Source: Moniliella sp. 'wahieum'
Lineage: Eukaryota
DNA length: 64,000 bases
Assembly: GCA_003971905.1 (NCBI GenBank)
Contig: RSEE01000006.1
Location: 186,001 to 250,000 of the forward strand
Reading direction: 5' to 3'
Made by a program: the position numbers and the translations under genes. Shown here one piece after another: positions 12,691 through 26,506 of the stretch. Position 1 is the first letter of the stretch; each line of letters starts with the position of its first letter. The notes under the pieces were generated by a model that worked only from the letters and a program-made list of their open reading frames with translations, was not told the origin of the DNA and searched no databases.

Positions 12691-12800
12691 AGTGTGTCCA
12701 TGCCGAATTAACCATACGCACTCGCACCACCTTCACCAACACCACCCCCTTTCGCACCAGCACCTTCCCGCCCAGCACTTCCCCGTCCTCCTGTCCTACC

Positions 12801-14672
12801 ATGACCAAAGCAATCGGTATCGATCTTGGCACCACCTACTCATGTGTCGCTGTTTTGAGGGTGAAGAGGACGGGGTCACGATCATTCGCAACAGCCAAGG
12901 CAATAAGACCACCCCCTCGTATGTGGCCTTCAACGACATGGAGAGGCTTATTGGTGATGCGGCGCTCAAGCAGACTGCCATGAACCCATCCAATACTGTT
13001 TTGACGCCAAACGACTTATCGGCCGCTGGTATGACGAAGAGGTGGTCCAGTCTGACATGAAGCACTGGCCTTTTAAGGTGACTGATGTGGGCGGTCAGCC
13101 GGTAATCGAGGTACAATACAAGGGCGAGACGAAGCAGCTCAAACCCGAGGAAATATCGTCCATGGTTTTATCCAAGATGCGCGAGACGGCGGAGGCGTAC
13201 CTTGGCGGGCCTGTAAAGGATGCTGTGGTGACTGTACCTGCCTACTTCAACACCTCCCAACGCCAGGCTACCAAGGACGCTGGTACTATTGCTGGGCTGA
13301 ACGTCTTGCATATTATCAGCGAGCCGACAGCTGCTGCTATTGCTTACGGGTTGGACACATGGACGGAGCATAAACGAACTGTCCTCGTCTTTGACTTGGG
13401 TGGCGGTACGTTTGACGCGTCGTTGCTTGACATTACAGAGGGCACATTTGCCGTCAAGGCCACATCCGGTGATACCCATCTCGGTGGCGAAGACTTTGAC
13501 ACCCGTCTCGTCGACCATTTTGTTGAGGAATTCAAACGCAAGGAAAACAAGGACATCACATCTAACCCTCGCGCTCTTCGCCGTCTCCGTACATCTTGCG
13601 AACGCGCGAAGCGCACTCTTTCCGAGGCTGAACATACCACAATCGAGATCGACTCGTTATTTCAGGGTATTGACTTTATCGCCCCTATCAGCCGGTCTCT
13701 CTTTGAGGAGTTGTGCAAAGACCTGTTTTCCCGTATCATTGGCCCTGTCGAGGGCGCCCTGAAACGCGAACATTAGCAAGAATGACGTGACTGACGTTGT
13801 CTTGGTTGGGGGTCAACAAGGATTCCTCGAGTGCAGCGTCTTCTCACGGAGTTCTTTGACGGGCGCGAACTCAGTCGCTCAATCAACCCCGACGAGGCTG
13901 TTGCCTATGGCGCCGCCATCCAGGCTGCTATGCTTGCGGATGACACCGAGTTGACCCAGGAGCTGATTCTCCTCGATGTTGTCCCACTGTCTTTGGGTTT
14001 GAGAAAACACGGTGGTGTATTTTCTGTCATCATCACACGCAATTCAACGGTGCCCACCACAGAGGTGAAACCCTTCACAACGACGTATAACGATCAGACT
14101 ACTGTCAGATTTGCCGTGTACGAGGGTGAACGGTCCCTTGCCGAGGAGAACCATTTCTGGGTGAGTTCAGTCTAACTGATATCCCGCCTGCGCCCGAGGG
14201 TGAGCCCAAGTTTAATGTGACTTTTGACTTGGACTCCAACTCCCTTCTCACGGTGTCCGCCGTTGACGAAAAGACGAACAAATCAAAAACGATTACCATC
14301 ACCGATAGTGGCTGCCTGTCAAAGCAGGACATTGCGCGCATGGTGTCGGATGCGGAGAAGTACAAGCAAGATGATCACGAAGCGCTGGCACGGATCAATG
14401 CCTTAAGTGAGCTGGATTCGTACGCCTGCCAAATGCGCCGCTGGCTGCGTGACCATGAAACTGCGGACAAGCTCAAGCCGGATGAAAGGGTGGTTCTGGA
14501 AACGGTGGTCAATGAGATGTTTGACTGGAAAGACGAGTACTCAACGAAGGCTTCAAAAGAGATGTTTGAAGAAAAGAAAACACACCTGCAGTCCATTGCA
14601 GACCCCATCGTGCAGGGTTTTGAGCGGCGGAGCCGGAGCCCTGGAAATCACCGCGCCAGTCACAGCTCTTAG
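12801..14672 (+). CDS. Atypical cytosolic-type Hsp70, copy 2
   Basis: [46 protein letters not shown]; ends [15 protein letters not shown]; several single-base frameshifts. Confidence 0.93.
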
Positions 14673-15931
14673 TGGTGAGCACCCTCTGCGGTCCCCATGC
14701 ACTATAGCGATGATCACAAGTTGTTGCCAGTGGACCCCAATATATGCCACTATTTTCTCTTCCTCTGTTCTCCTTTCCTTTTCTCTTTCTTTCTCTCCCA
14801 TCTCTTTCTCTTCTCGAATCTGGAACCCACACCCCATCTGTTCTCCTAACAACTAAGTGCGGTCGAAAAGACCCCCTCCCTGCCAGGTCTCCCATCATGA
14901 GCACCGCATCATCGTATGGCCGTCTTCTCGATAAGATCACATACCAAAATTGACGTGTGATAACTGCATGATGCCCACTATACTATATTGTTTCGGCATG
15001 TAGCAGAACACTCTATTCGACGCCCAGTCTTTAAACTGCTGCTACAGTGGGCTGTTTTAACGTCGGCAATGAACGGAAACGAGAGATTGAGAGTATGTTG
15101 GAGGGTAGTGCTACTAGGGTTCCCCTGCACGGCTCTCAATGGGTCGGTGACGCTCATCGCTTAGCCGGCGGAAGAGTTCCGCTCGCAGGCGCGCACGCCC
15201 TGCTCGCACCATCTCCCGTTTCCCTCTCCTTTCGCCCTCCCGTCAGACGTTGCTTGCAGGGTTGTGGCTCACCGTGAGCACTTTGCCTTCCAGCTTCACG
15301 CCTTGTCTGAAGGCTACTTTGCACCTGATCCATAGGATCGTGAGTGCTCCCAAGTCGCGCTATAGCAGCCGCAAGGACATGATTGCAACCAAATGCCGCA
15401 GCGCATGTTACACGCCACTCCAACATTGCGGCTGCGTTTGAGCGGACCGTGAGGAGATGAGGGGCAGGCCTACTACGCGCGCTGAAGACTTGGTGAAAGC
15501 AGACGGAAGCCAATATCGCATACTATATACTACTAGACACATACTAGTATTATGCGTACACACTGATGCAGTGCGATCGATGAGAGGGAAATGTCGCATT
15601 TGAATTGAAAAGGGGCGTTGAGAGGCACAGAGGGGAAATTGACAGTGCCGCAGTACGACACTGATGCAGGCGCGACTGAAACGCCCCCCACAGACGACGG
15701 TAGCCCATACTAACAAGCAGCGCCCACTCAGCGCAGCCGGCGAGAGAAACTTAAGATATGCAAAAGTCTTATACGGCACAGCGACTCTATACTGATTGCT
15801 GGCATCTGTCGAGATATATAAGAGTGTGTCCATGCCGAATTAACCATACGCACTCGCACCACCTTCAGCAACACCACCCCCTTTCGCACCAGCACCTCCT
15901 CGCCCAGCACTTCTCCGTCCCCTCACCTACC

Positions 15932-17814
15932 ATGACCAAAGCAATCGGTATCGATCTTGGCACCACCTACTCATGTGTCGCTGTTCTTGAGGGTGAGGAC
16001 GGGGTCACGATCATTCGCAACAGCGAGGGCAATAAGACCACCCCCTCCTACGTGGCCTTCAACGACATGGAGAGGCTTATTGGTGATGCGTTCACGCAGA
16101 CTGCCATGAACACATCCAATACTGTGTTTGACGCCAAGCGACTTATCGGCCGCTGGTATGACGAAGAGGTGGTCCAGGATGATATGAAGCACTGGCCTTT
16201 CAAAGTGGTTGATGAGGACGGTCAGCCGGCAATTCAAGTGCAATACAAGGGTGAGACGAAGACTTTCACTCCCGAGGAAATCTCGTCCATGGTGTTGTGC
16301 AAGATGCGCGAGACGGCCGAGACGTACCTTGGGGGGCCTGTAAAGGATGCTGTGGTGACAGTACCTGCCTACTTCAACTCCTCCCAACGCCAGGCTACCA
16401 AAGACGCCGGTACCATTGCCGGGCTCAACATCTTGGGCATTGTCAATGAGCCCACGGCTGCTGCCATGGCTTACGGGTTGGACACCATGACTGAACATAA
16501 ACGCACTGTCCTCGTCTTTGACTTGGGTGGCGGTACCTTTGACGTATCGTTGCTTGAGATTACAAAGGGGAAATTTGAAGTCAAGGCCACCTCCGGTGAT
16601 ACCCATCTCGGTGGCGAAGACTTCGACACCCGTCTTGTCGACCATTTTGTCGAGGAATTCAAACGCAAGGAAAACAAAGACCTTACATGTAACCCTCGCG
16701 CTCTTCGCCGTCTCCGTACTTCTTGCGAGCGCGCGAAGCGCACTCTTTCCGAGGCTGAACATACCACAATCGAGATTGACTCGTTGTTTCAGGATATTGA
16801 CTTTATCGCCTCTATCAGCCGGTCTCTCTTTGAGAAGTTGTGCAAAGACCTGTTTTCCCGTATCATTGGCCCGGTCGAGAACGTCCTGGAGGACGCGGAC
16901 ATTAACAAGAATGACGTGACTGACGTTGTCTTGGTTGGGGGGTCAACAAGGATTCCTCGTGTGCAGCGCCTTCTGACGGAGTTCTTTGACGGGCGCAAGC
17001 TCAGTCGCTCAATCAACCCCGACGAGGCTGTTGCCTATGGCCCGCCATCCAGGCTGCTATTCTCGCGGGTGACACCACCGAGTTGAGCCAAGAGCTGATT
17101 CTGCTCGATGTCGTCCCACTGTCTTTGGGTGTGGAAAAGAAAGGTGGTGTGTTTGTTGTCATCATCAAACGCAATTCAAAGGTGCCCACCAAGGAGGTGG
17201 AACCCTTCACAACGTCGTGTGACGACCAGACTACTGTCAGATTTTCCGTCTACGAGGGTGAGCGGTCCCTCGTCAAGGAGAACCATTTTCTGGGTGAGTT
17301 CAGGCTAACTGATATCCCGCCTGCGCCCGAGGGTAAGCCCAAGTTTACTGTGACTTTTGACTTGGACTCCAACTCCCTTCTCACGGTGTCCGCCGTTGAC
17401 GAAGAGACGAACAAATCAAAAACGATTACCATCACCGATAGTGGCCGCCTGTCGAAGCAGGACATTGCGCGCATGGTGTCGGATGCCGAGAAGTACAAGC
17501 AAGATGATGACGAAGCAGTGGCACGGATTAATGCCTTAAATGAGCTGGATTCGTCCGCCTGCAAAATGCGCCGCTGGCTGCGTGACCATGGTACTGCGGA
17601 CAAGTTCAAGTTGAAGCAAAGGGAGGTACTTGAAGCGGCGGTCAATGAGACGTTTGACTGGCACGGCGAGAACTCAACGAATGCTTCAAAGGAGATGTTT
17701 GAAGAAAGGAAATCGAACCTGCAGTCCATTGCAGACCCCATCGTGCAGGAATTTGAGCAGCGGAGCCGGAGCGCTGGAAAGCGCCGCGCCCGGCGGTACA
17801 AGTCTAAGTCGTGA
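15932..17814 (+). CDS. Atypical cytosolic-type Hsp70, copy 3
   Basis: Nearly intact (one frameshift near 17040); all NBD motifs present; ends [17 protein letters not shown]. Confidence 0.95.
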
Positions 17815-19018
17815 GCACCCTCTGTTGTACACAACATGTACTACATCGATGGTCACAAGTGGTTGCGGGTGGAACGCAATACATGCCACTATTTTTCTCT
17901 TCCTTCTCCTTGCTTTTCCTGCTTCTTTCTCTCCCTTTTCTTTCTCTTCTTGAATCTGGAAGCCGCGTTCGATCTGTTATCCTAACGACGAAGTGCGGTC
18001 GAAAAGATCTCCCTCTGCCTGGTCTCTCTTGTCATGATCACCGGCATCATCGTATGGCGGTCTTCACAACACGACATACAGAAATTGTTGACTGTGTGAC
18101 AACGTGATGCCCACTATACTATGCTTTATTCGATGCACAGTCTTTCAACTACTACTATAGAGGGCCGGTTTAAAAAAGGAGAAGTAGTATATGCAACTTG
18201 AGAACCGCGGCTCACAGAGTGACAGAGTGAAGTTCAGTCTCTTCAAAGGAAGCTAGGAAGATGGCTCCAACAAAAGGAAAAAGGGTCCGTGTGCGGGAGC
18301 AAGACTGTCACGGCTGATGTGGGTATTTGGGTATTTAACGTTTAATTGCTTCTCTTCTTGTTTTGGCTACATGTCTCGTGCTGCGCTATATTGATTGGCG
18401 TGCTCTTTTTCACATTGGAAGGCGCGCACTCTCTCGTTCGCTCAGTGGGGGCTATGGCAGAGGTTGCATTACTAAGTCAGACGCCTTCTGGAGGATGTTG
18501 GTGATGCGAAGGGGAGCGCTGGGTTGGAAGGGGGGGAAGGAGGAGGCCCGCTTTGTCTTTCACGTGACCTGGTTCGGTTGGTTCGGTTGGTTGGTCTGAG
18601 ATCTGCGATCTGACTTGTGATAAGGTACGCGCAGCTGAAAACACACTGCTGGGGTGCGGTAGCCGGGAAAGTGCCGCCGTGCCGAGGTGGCGGCGATCTG
18701 CGCAGCAGCTAGAATTCAAGCGAGGCGCGGCACAGCGCCAGTGTAGACTGCGCAAGGGCCAGGTGCCATCTGCCCTATCTCACATCTTCCGTCTCACACC
18801 CCCCATGCCGGGTGGCCCCCGGGCTGGAGCAGTGTTGCAGCAGTGTCGCAGTTTGTGCACCCGCAGCTGGGAGAAGGCCAGACCACCCGTGCGTTCGAGC
18901 CGTCCAGCACACCCGAGTCTTCCTCGTCCTCCCCTCTTCTCTCTTTTCTTTTCTTTTCTTCTCTCCCCCTCCCCCCCACCACTGCCTGTGCCGCGACTCC
19001 GAGTTTCTGCCCCGCAAC

Positions 19019-20395
19019 ATGTACCTCACTGGAGCCTCTTTGGTCACTGCCTTGGCTGCCGCCAGCAGCGTCTCTGCCCGCGCCATCCTGTACAGTCCGG
19101 AGGCCCGCGGACCGGCCCCCACGGGTGCGCTCGACAAGCGGGCCACCTCCGCGGCGACGTCCGTATCGGTCGTGACGACCGTGCCGTACACGCCGACAGA
19201 GAACACCAAGTCGGCCGGTATCTGGTCCACTGCCAGCCCGGCGCCGTTCTCGTACGGCACTCCCAGCGGCACCTATTTCGGCGTCAAGGCTCGTGGCAAG
19301 AACGGACCGACCAACCCGGATCAACCGGCGCTCAACCCCCAGTCAACCAGACCTCCGACTCGCGCCTGGCCAGCATCAACTCCATTGACGACTGGTGCAC
19401 CTTCGGACCGTCCCCGCTCAACAACACCGATACCCTCGGCGACCTGGAGCAGACCACCGTGGCGTACTGCACCAAGCCACGCAACAATGCTCGTGTGATT
19501 GTATGTTGTTGCCCCCCTGTCGTCTATTGTGTTTCTCAATGCTAACTTGTTCTTCTGCATTGTTGTATGCTAGCCCGATGGCACGGTGACGGCGGTTCAG
19601 TTTGTCAAGACGCCGCTGTACGTGCAGCTCTACGCCACTGGCAACTTTGCCAACATCAATGTTGCTCCCGGTGATTCGGGCGGAGAGCTGGACCCCCACG
19701 GGGCGACCAACATGGGCAACCCGGTCGGTGGGAACGTCACCTCGAACGTGGCGGCGGCAAGACGGATGTGTTTTACGAAGAGTGGATGAACTACATTTCC
19801 TCTTCCGAGGTGTGCTTCCGCGTGTGCATTTCCGGTACGGACGAGGCGACGCCGTCGGTAGAGTGCCAGCACACGCTGGACGAGATGGGCTGCTCGTTTG
19901 TCATGGCTCAGCTGCCACTGACAAACGGGACGTTCGAGTCGTGCGAGGCTGACGCGGCCTACCCGCCCGGCCTGTACCCCCCAACCCGACGGTTCTACCT
20001 CGACGTTCCAACAGTACTACGCCGGTGTCTACACCCACGGTGCAACGGCCTACTCGTACCAGAACGCCCAGTCGGACCAAGTCACTCCATCCGCCCCTTA
20101 CTCTTACCCTACTCCGAGCTCTTGCGCCGCCGTGTCCACCATCAGCAACGGCTTGGTCGGCATGGACTACATTGCCCCCCCCGCCTCCACTACTTCCACC
20201 GCCGCTTCCACTGCTAGCACCGCCCCATCGGCCTCGGCTGCTGCCAGCGGTGGCAGTACCCTCATTCCCGCCTCGGCCTCGGCTGCCGGCTCGGGCAGCT
20301 CATCCAAAAAATCGTCCGCCTCACGCACCAACATGCTCGGCGGCGCGGCGGCTGTGCTGGCTGCTCTGGCGGGCAGCGCCATGGCGCTGCTTTAA
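19019..20395 (+). CDS. Secreted, probably GPI-anchored mannoprotein, MP88/macrophage-activating-glycoprotein-like
   Basis: Signal peptide MYLTGASLVTALAAASSVSA; INSIDDWCTFGP, AYCTKPRNNARVI|PDG, DSGGELDPHGA; Ser/Ala-rich stalk and hydrophobic C-terminus; intron 19501-19573 (GTATGT..GCTAAC..TAG). Confidence 0.8.
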
Positions 20396-21889
20396 CCGCA
20401 AGCACAGCCATGGCTTACCGCAGTATCCAACTGCCTCTGCCGCTTGGCCCCAAACCGTTCCGTTTGCTCAGTCCCCTGTGCAGCATGTCACCTTTGCTAT
20501 CCCTTTTCCTCCACTACCCTCTCCTTGCTCTGCCGTTGCCTCTCGTTGCCCTCCGTTGCCCTCTCGTTTCCCTCTCGTTCCCTCTCGTTGTTTCGTTGTC
20601 CTCGTTTTGCAGCACCATGCCGTGTCATATTCTTCTCTCCCCCCTCTAACCCGTAGGACCATTGTCCAATCGGTTGTGGAACCTTTTGTCCTCCTGCACC
20701 CGTCCGGTTGGCTTGTTTCGTGTCACATGTCTCCTTGCAGTGCGTTTGCTCCTTGAATGTCTTGTTCTTAATCGTTTTTTTTGCTGTCGTTCTGTGTGTG
20801 TGGCAACAGTAGCCTGTGTCTCCTTTTGTTTTGTTTGTCGATATTTCTGTTTCTGCCTGTGAATGGTGAAATCCCACCAGCTTGCTGCGGTACCTTGGTA
20901 GCAATTGCATATAGTAATGCGACGACGGGCGATGGGCGACCCGGGCTTTGTTGTCGGGCATAATATTGTCCGTTGGCCTGAGAACCCCTTGAGGACTGAG
21001 GGAGGCACCAACTGCCTCTCCTCTCCTCCGTCTTTCTGCCTCCATATCCCATCCCTTTGCCTACTTATGCGTTGTTACACGTTGTTCTCGTCCCACGCTA
21101 CCCCTTTTTGTCTACCCCCACCTGATTGTCTCCCACATCAGGCGGCATGCGCCATTGCCATATGCCATGGAACATAGGACATGTGACAGTGTTCATATAA
21201 TGCCAAGCGACCACGCAACGAACGCCAACCCACAGATCCGAACCAAGCCCAAATTCAGTGCAGGAGGGGGGAAGGAGGGGGGGGGGAGAGAGTGTGTATC
21301 ATAGTGCCGAAGGCCAAACCGGCTCGCCGGGGGGCAGGTGAAAACGCTAATAGGTGTAGCATAGGGGGGTCGTGGGTCCTTAGCCCTTAGCGCGTACCCA
21401 CGAGAAGCGCGGGGGAGGGGGGGAGGCTAAGATGGAGAGTCTACTCTACCGACCTGATGATGCCAACACAGATCGGAAGCCAGGGGAAGAGGGGAGGGGA
21501 CGAAGGAATGAGCAAGAGAGAACGCTTCGCTCTGTGGTGCGGCCCGACTGAGAAGGGGAGACAATGCTGGGAGGGTGGGAAGGCCATCAGATGAGGCGTG
21601 GGGGGAGACATACGTGTAGATAGGAGCACTGTGCGATGAGGAAGAGGAAGGGTGTATGAGTCTGCAAGGTGGAGAAATCGGAATGCGAGGGAGTTATGCG
21701 AGCAGGGAAAGGAGGGAGCAGAGAGACCCATAGATATATATGCGCCCGAGGAACCGGTGCAGTACGAGAGAGAAGAAAGTGAGAACAGAGCAGAGGTGGT
21801 CCGGTGATTCCTCCCTGATGGCAACCTTTGTGGCCACAGGAAGCAAACAGCACCAGGAGACGAGATGGACACGATGAATGAAAGACGAG

Positions 21890-24421
21890 AAGAGTGAGAC
21901 TACGACTGCCCATAACCTTGTTGCGACTTCGACGGACGACGTCATCTTGGGAAGCGTTTTCGAGGAACAAAAGCTCTTGATTGCACTCGTGTATCCTTCC
22001 GCAGATGTCGAAGCACCAACATTCACGTTGCTTTCATTGTGCGCCTCCCTTTGGGCAGGCCGGACAAGATCGGATGGGCGCGAGCGAAGAGTTGGTTTTT
22101 CTGCTGCTATCAGCGACCTAGTGGGGCTGCTGCGTCAGGTGTGGCACTCGAAATAAGGGAACGGCGAAACAGATTGGAAAAGGAACCGTTCTGTGACGAA
22201 TGCGATGGATCGATTGGGTGAAGGATGAGGGGGGAACGGGGAGGGGGTCTTGCTGGTTCGGGGAGGAGTCAGAGGTACGCTGATGGCCCTTACTGTTCGG
22301 ATCCTTATTATCCTTGCTCTTCATTCCGTTGAAAACTGACCTTGGTCCCACTGCACTTGCTGAAGAATGACACAAAGGGTAAGAAACCTACCTGTCCCGT
22401 TGATACTACCGGCAGGGTCGCGAGATAAACTGGTCTTGCTCGCCGCACGGGCTGGGGTAGGCAGTTGGAGGAGGGAGGCAACCCTGATGGCTGCGCTTTT
22501 AACCATGGATGAACTCACCTCGCTTCGGTCCTGTTTGCAACCGGAAGAACCGGCACATTGCGGATTGGTGGTTGGGCTTCGGGTGCGTTGGTTCCCAGTC
22601 CAAACAAGAACCGCAGGAGGGGCATGCTGCGCCGTTGAGCTAGCTCAGTGGTTGCTCCCTTGGTGCGCGCCACGGGCCCAGTGGTGCAAGGGACCGTTGT
22701 CCCACTCTGAACAGGGAACGCAGCCTCCCGTCGTGGCTCCCGATTACATCCTTCAGGTGGTTCGAGTGGGGGAACGACGTAAACAATGGAAGCGAGTTTG
22801 GTGCCGGGCGACAGGGGCACGGGCATCTTGGGATTCGGGATGGGAGATTCTGGAGGGGAAGAGGACACGTGATGTGGTACTCCTTTGGGGGGCTAGTAGG
22901 CAAACGTCCTCCTCTGTCTTTGGGGCAAGCTTGGCTGGCACTGGCCGGGGAAGCAGCCTTTGGCCCGAGCATGGATCACTCTTGGTTAATGACTGGCGGG
23001 GCGGTCATGTGGCTGTTCTTGCCCTCTCCCGCCTGTTGGGCACAGTAGAGGAAGCATAGAGAAGAGGTGGACTTTTTGCCTGTACCCCACGAAGAGCGGG
23101 CCGACGAGCTGGAGAGAGCGCCAACGAGGCTCAACTCGCCATCGGACGTGGGCCGAGACAGAGGGGGGCGGTGGTGGTGGGTGACGTCCACGAACTGGTC
23201 GTAGTCCACGCCGTATCCATCCTGGAACCGGGGGATGTGACAATGGAGGATTGGGGGCGACGCTGGGAAGTGGCGGATGTGGTGATCAAATCGGTAAGAA
23301 CGAAGGTGGCGAAACCTTTGGTTTGGATGCGAGGATGGGCTGAAGGAGCTGACATACGAAGAAACAGGGGCATGTTTCCTTCTCTTTGACGAGGAGCCTG
23401 AGAAAGGGCGCGAGCGAAGACGATCAGAAGAAGGCGTCACCCACACTCGAAGCTGCTGACGGAGAACACGGCACTGACTTCTTCGCATCGCGCGCCTGAG
23501 GTGCCCCCAATTCGGAATCTCATCATCACAAGTGTGTCTATCCCACCCGGATCCTCGTCCGTAGCTCCATTGGTATCCATGTTCATCACCACCACCGGTG
23601 GGGCTGAGCGATAGCGAGCGCGGCGCGCAATCGAGCGGGCATAACGCTCTTGCTCCGCTCGTATTTCGGCGTCTTGACTAACACGGCGGCGGGGATGTGC
23701 AGTTGCATTTGGTCGGGCTGGGCCAGGAGAGGCTGGCAATAAGCCATGAGTTCGGGCTCGTCGATCCCAGGTCGTAGTCCAAGAGAAGGAGGAGCTGCAG
23801 CTCCATTAGGTTGACGTCAGACTGGGTAAGAGTTGGCTATACCGGACCCAGTACTTGTTCTTGAGGGATGAGTCGTTGAGATACTTGGCAGCAATAATGA
23901 CCGCAGCCAGAAAGAGGCGTGGTGGGTACAGGGGAGGCGGTTGGCAACATAGGGAAGACGGGACTTGAGGCGGTTAAGGTAGACCATGGTGCAGAGGAGC
24001 GTGGGGAGCTGGATGTTGCTCAGCTCGGCAATCTGAGTAATGAACGCAATGAGTGACGGAACGGGGGTTGGGTTGGAAGAGGGATTGGGATGCGGAGCAG
24101 AAGAAGACTCAGTCTGGGAAGAGGAGGCGGGGGGTGTGGGGTAGTTTGTGGGAAGTCCTGGCTGGGTGGGTTTTTGGGCTACTAGGTCGGATGGCGCCAC
24201 CACCACCTGGCCCTCCACGATCCGCGGCACTTCTTGGGCAATGTGGGCTGAGAGAGAGAGAGGGAATGCATGAGAGTTGAGTCGATGTACGCAGAAGAGA
24301 CGCGAGAATACGGAAGCGCACGCACCAATCAGCTGGGCGCAACGGGTCGCTCGACGAGGTCCATGAGGGAGACGTTGTGGGTGGCGAGAGGCACGAGGGA
24401 GGCAGGGTGGCGCAGCATCAT
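21890..24421 (-). CDS. Pho85-type (Pcl1/2-like) cyclin with long low-complexity C-terminus; 3' end uncertain
   Basis: RHPASL..HNVSLMDLV, SNIQLPTLLCTMVYLNRLKSRLP, and across a frameshift LFLAAVIIAAKYLNDSSLKNKYW, VNLMELQLL. Confidence 0.8.
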
Positions 24422-26506
24422 GATGGTGGGGTGGGGGGGGTGAAGGAGTGATGTGCTGGTGGAAGAGGGCGGGATGGTGGCAGGCCGAGGAGAAGCGAGG
24501 CGTGGGGCGCGGGGGTTATCGCAGGGGAGAGAGAGAGGAGAGGAGCCAGCAGGCGACAGAAGCTGCTGTGCTCGCGGGGGGCTAAAGCAAGGCCACCGGC
24601 ACCCGCACGGAGGCTGCAGGGTGCTGCGCGGAGTGGAGCCCCAAAGCTTACCCAGCGTGCGATGGCTGCACCGCAGAGCGAGCACATGTTGCGTTCTCTT
24701 CGCTTGTGCAGTATACAGACAACACCCGGCCGGCCCAAGCGGCGTGGGGCGAGAGAGGAGAGCGCGCCAACAAGGGACGTGCGCAGCAGCAAAGAGAGGA
24801 GAAGAGCGCAATCTGCCAATCCGATCGGACCAGGAGCGGCTCGGAGGAGGGCGGCGGGCAAGCGGCGGCGGTGGATGGGACCGCCTCACTGGCTGGGCCC
24901 GTCTCGGCTGTGCACACACGCACCACCACCCTAACCAGATCCCCCCCGCTGCGGGCGGCACACAATTAAGATATCGGCGCTCTTTTGCACCCGTCAGCGC
25001 TCGGCGGTTCTTTTCTCTTTCTCCCCACACACGCGGCGCTTTGGTTGGGCACAGCACTCCGATATGCTGCTGTAGAGTGCTGCTCCTCCCACTTCCGACT
25101 ACGATAATCGACAGCCCTATTAGCCCGGGGCCGATGATCATCGATCATGTCCATTCTGCAGCCTCAGCCAGGCGACAAGGCCTCCTCGGATGGCAAAACT
25201 ATACGCTTCCGCTCCTCGCATCCGCCCGCAGCATGGCGTAACGCAGACCCACAAGACCACCCGTAGCCTCTACCGCGCTTCATTCACGCCTCCCGCCAGT
25301 GGTCCGTCGACAAGATACGCATCGACCTCCAGTTTGGCCAACATGCCCTTCGCCCCGCCACCCACTGTGCCTTTCTCCGCTCCCCCCCCCCAGTCCCCCG
25401 CCTCATAGACCGCACCGACGAGGCCGAGAAGGCCGCCGGCAAGATCCACATTGCCGGCGGCTAAACTCCTCGCACCGGGTCCCAAAACTCAGGCCAGCAT
25501 CGCTGGACCTCCCTCCAGCTCATCGACGACGAAAACATCCTCGACGGCGGCAAGACCCTGAGCACAATGAGTGCCGACGAAAAATCAAATATAGTACGCC
25601 AAACGTTCCCTCTCACTAACCTCCAGCAGCTCCTGCTCAACAACAGACCATCCCAAAAAGAACGTCTTTATATATCCTCTTCTTCCCTTTTCTTCCCCGA
25701 CCCTTCGCCTCCGCTCATCCACTCACAGTGTGTGTCCTACTCAGTTCCCCACGCCAGAGGAAGTGCTGGAGCCACCGAGCATGCCAAAGTGTACTATACG
25801 CCAAACTGTGCGCACCCAGGTGGAGGTTGCCGAGCAGGGCAAGGCTCTGCCTGTTCTGACCTTCGCCCAACGGGCCAAGATCTTTATAGCCGTACCGGCC
25901 TCATCAAGTCTCGTTTGTTTTCTCTGTACCCCTCCACCATAGAATGCCAGTCTCATCCACAGTTCTGCGCGCCACTAAAAAAGGCTGTCCAGGTCAGGAT
26001 ACGACATACCCTCTGGTGTGCGCCAGTGCGGGACCGAGCCAGGGGCGAAGCACCGGACAGGAGGTAGCAGGCAGTGGTGGTGCTCTCACTTCCCCGCGAG
26101 GTAGCTCCCAGCAGCCAGAAGAGTGGAGCCAGCGTGCGGCCCTGGGGGGCGCGAACAAGGATAATTGCGGGGGCAATTAACAATTCCGCTGCGCAGTGCG
26201 GAGCAGCGACGCAGACTGCGACCTACCTAAATACGTCCCCCCCACCACCTGGCCATCGCGTGTGCGGGTGGGATGGGAGCGCGTGTGCGGCGGCTGCTGT
26301 CTTGATGCTGCCGGCTGGGTCCCTCGCTTAGCGCCTCCTGCGACTGAGCCCCTGCGTCCTGCCTCGCTTTGCGTGGCCTGTAACCACGATCAGCGCTCCG
26401 CACCCATCATCCATCCCGCTACCCAAAGATGCGCCCCCTGCCGCCCCATCCCGCGCCGCCTGCGTCTTCGCGACCGCCCGGCGCCCCATCTGCCGCAACT
26501 GCGGCC

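Larger units (their letters stand above)
8612..18172 (+). repeat. Tandem array of three ~3.1-kb Hsp70-bearing units (first 5'-truncated, last 3'-truncated)
   Basis: The upstream flank, CDS and 3' flank all align between copies; the junction motif ends at 12061 and 15155, a period of about 3.1 kb. Confidence 0.95.

Noticed and set aside
15971..16762. Long antisense ORFs over the Hsp70 copies (also 13168-13635, 55744-56274)
   Set aside because: Antisense open frames are a well-known by-product of Hsp70 codon usage; no independent motifs.
25190..26100. Possible small plus-strand gene
   Set aside because: No recognisable motif or consistent frame; cannot be supported from sequence alone.
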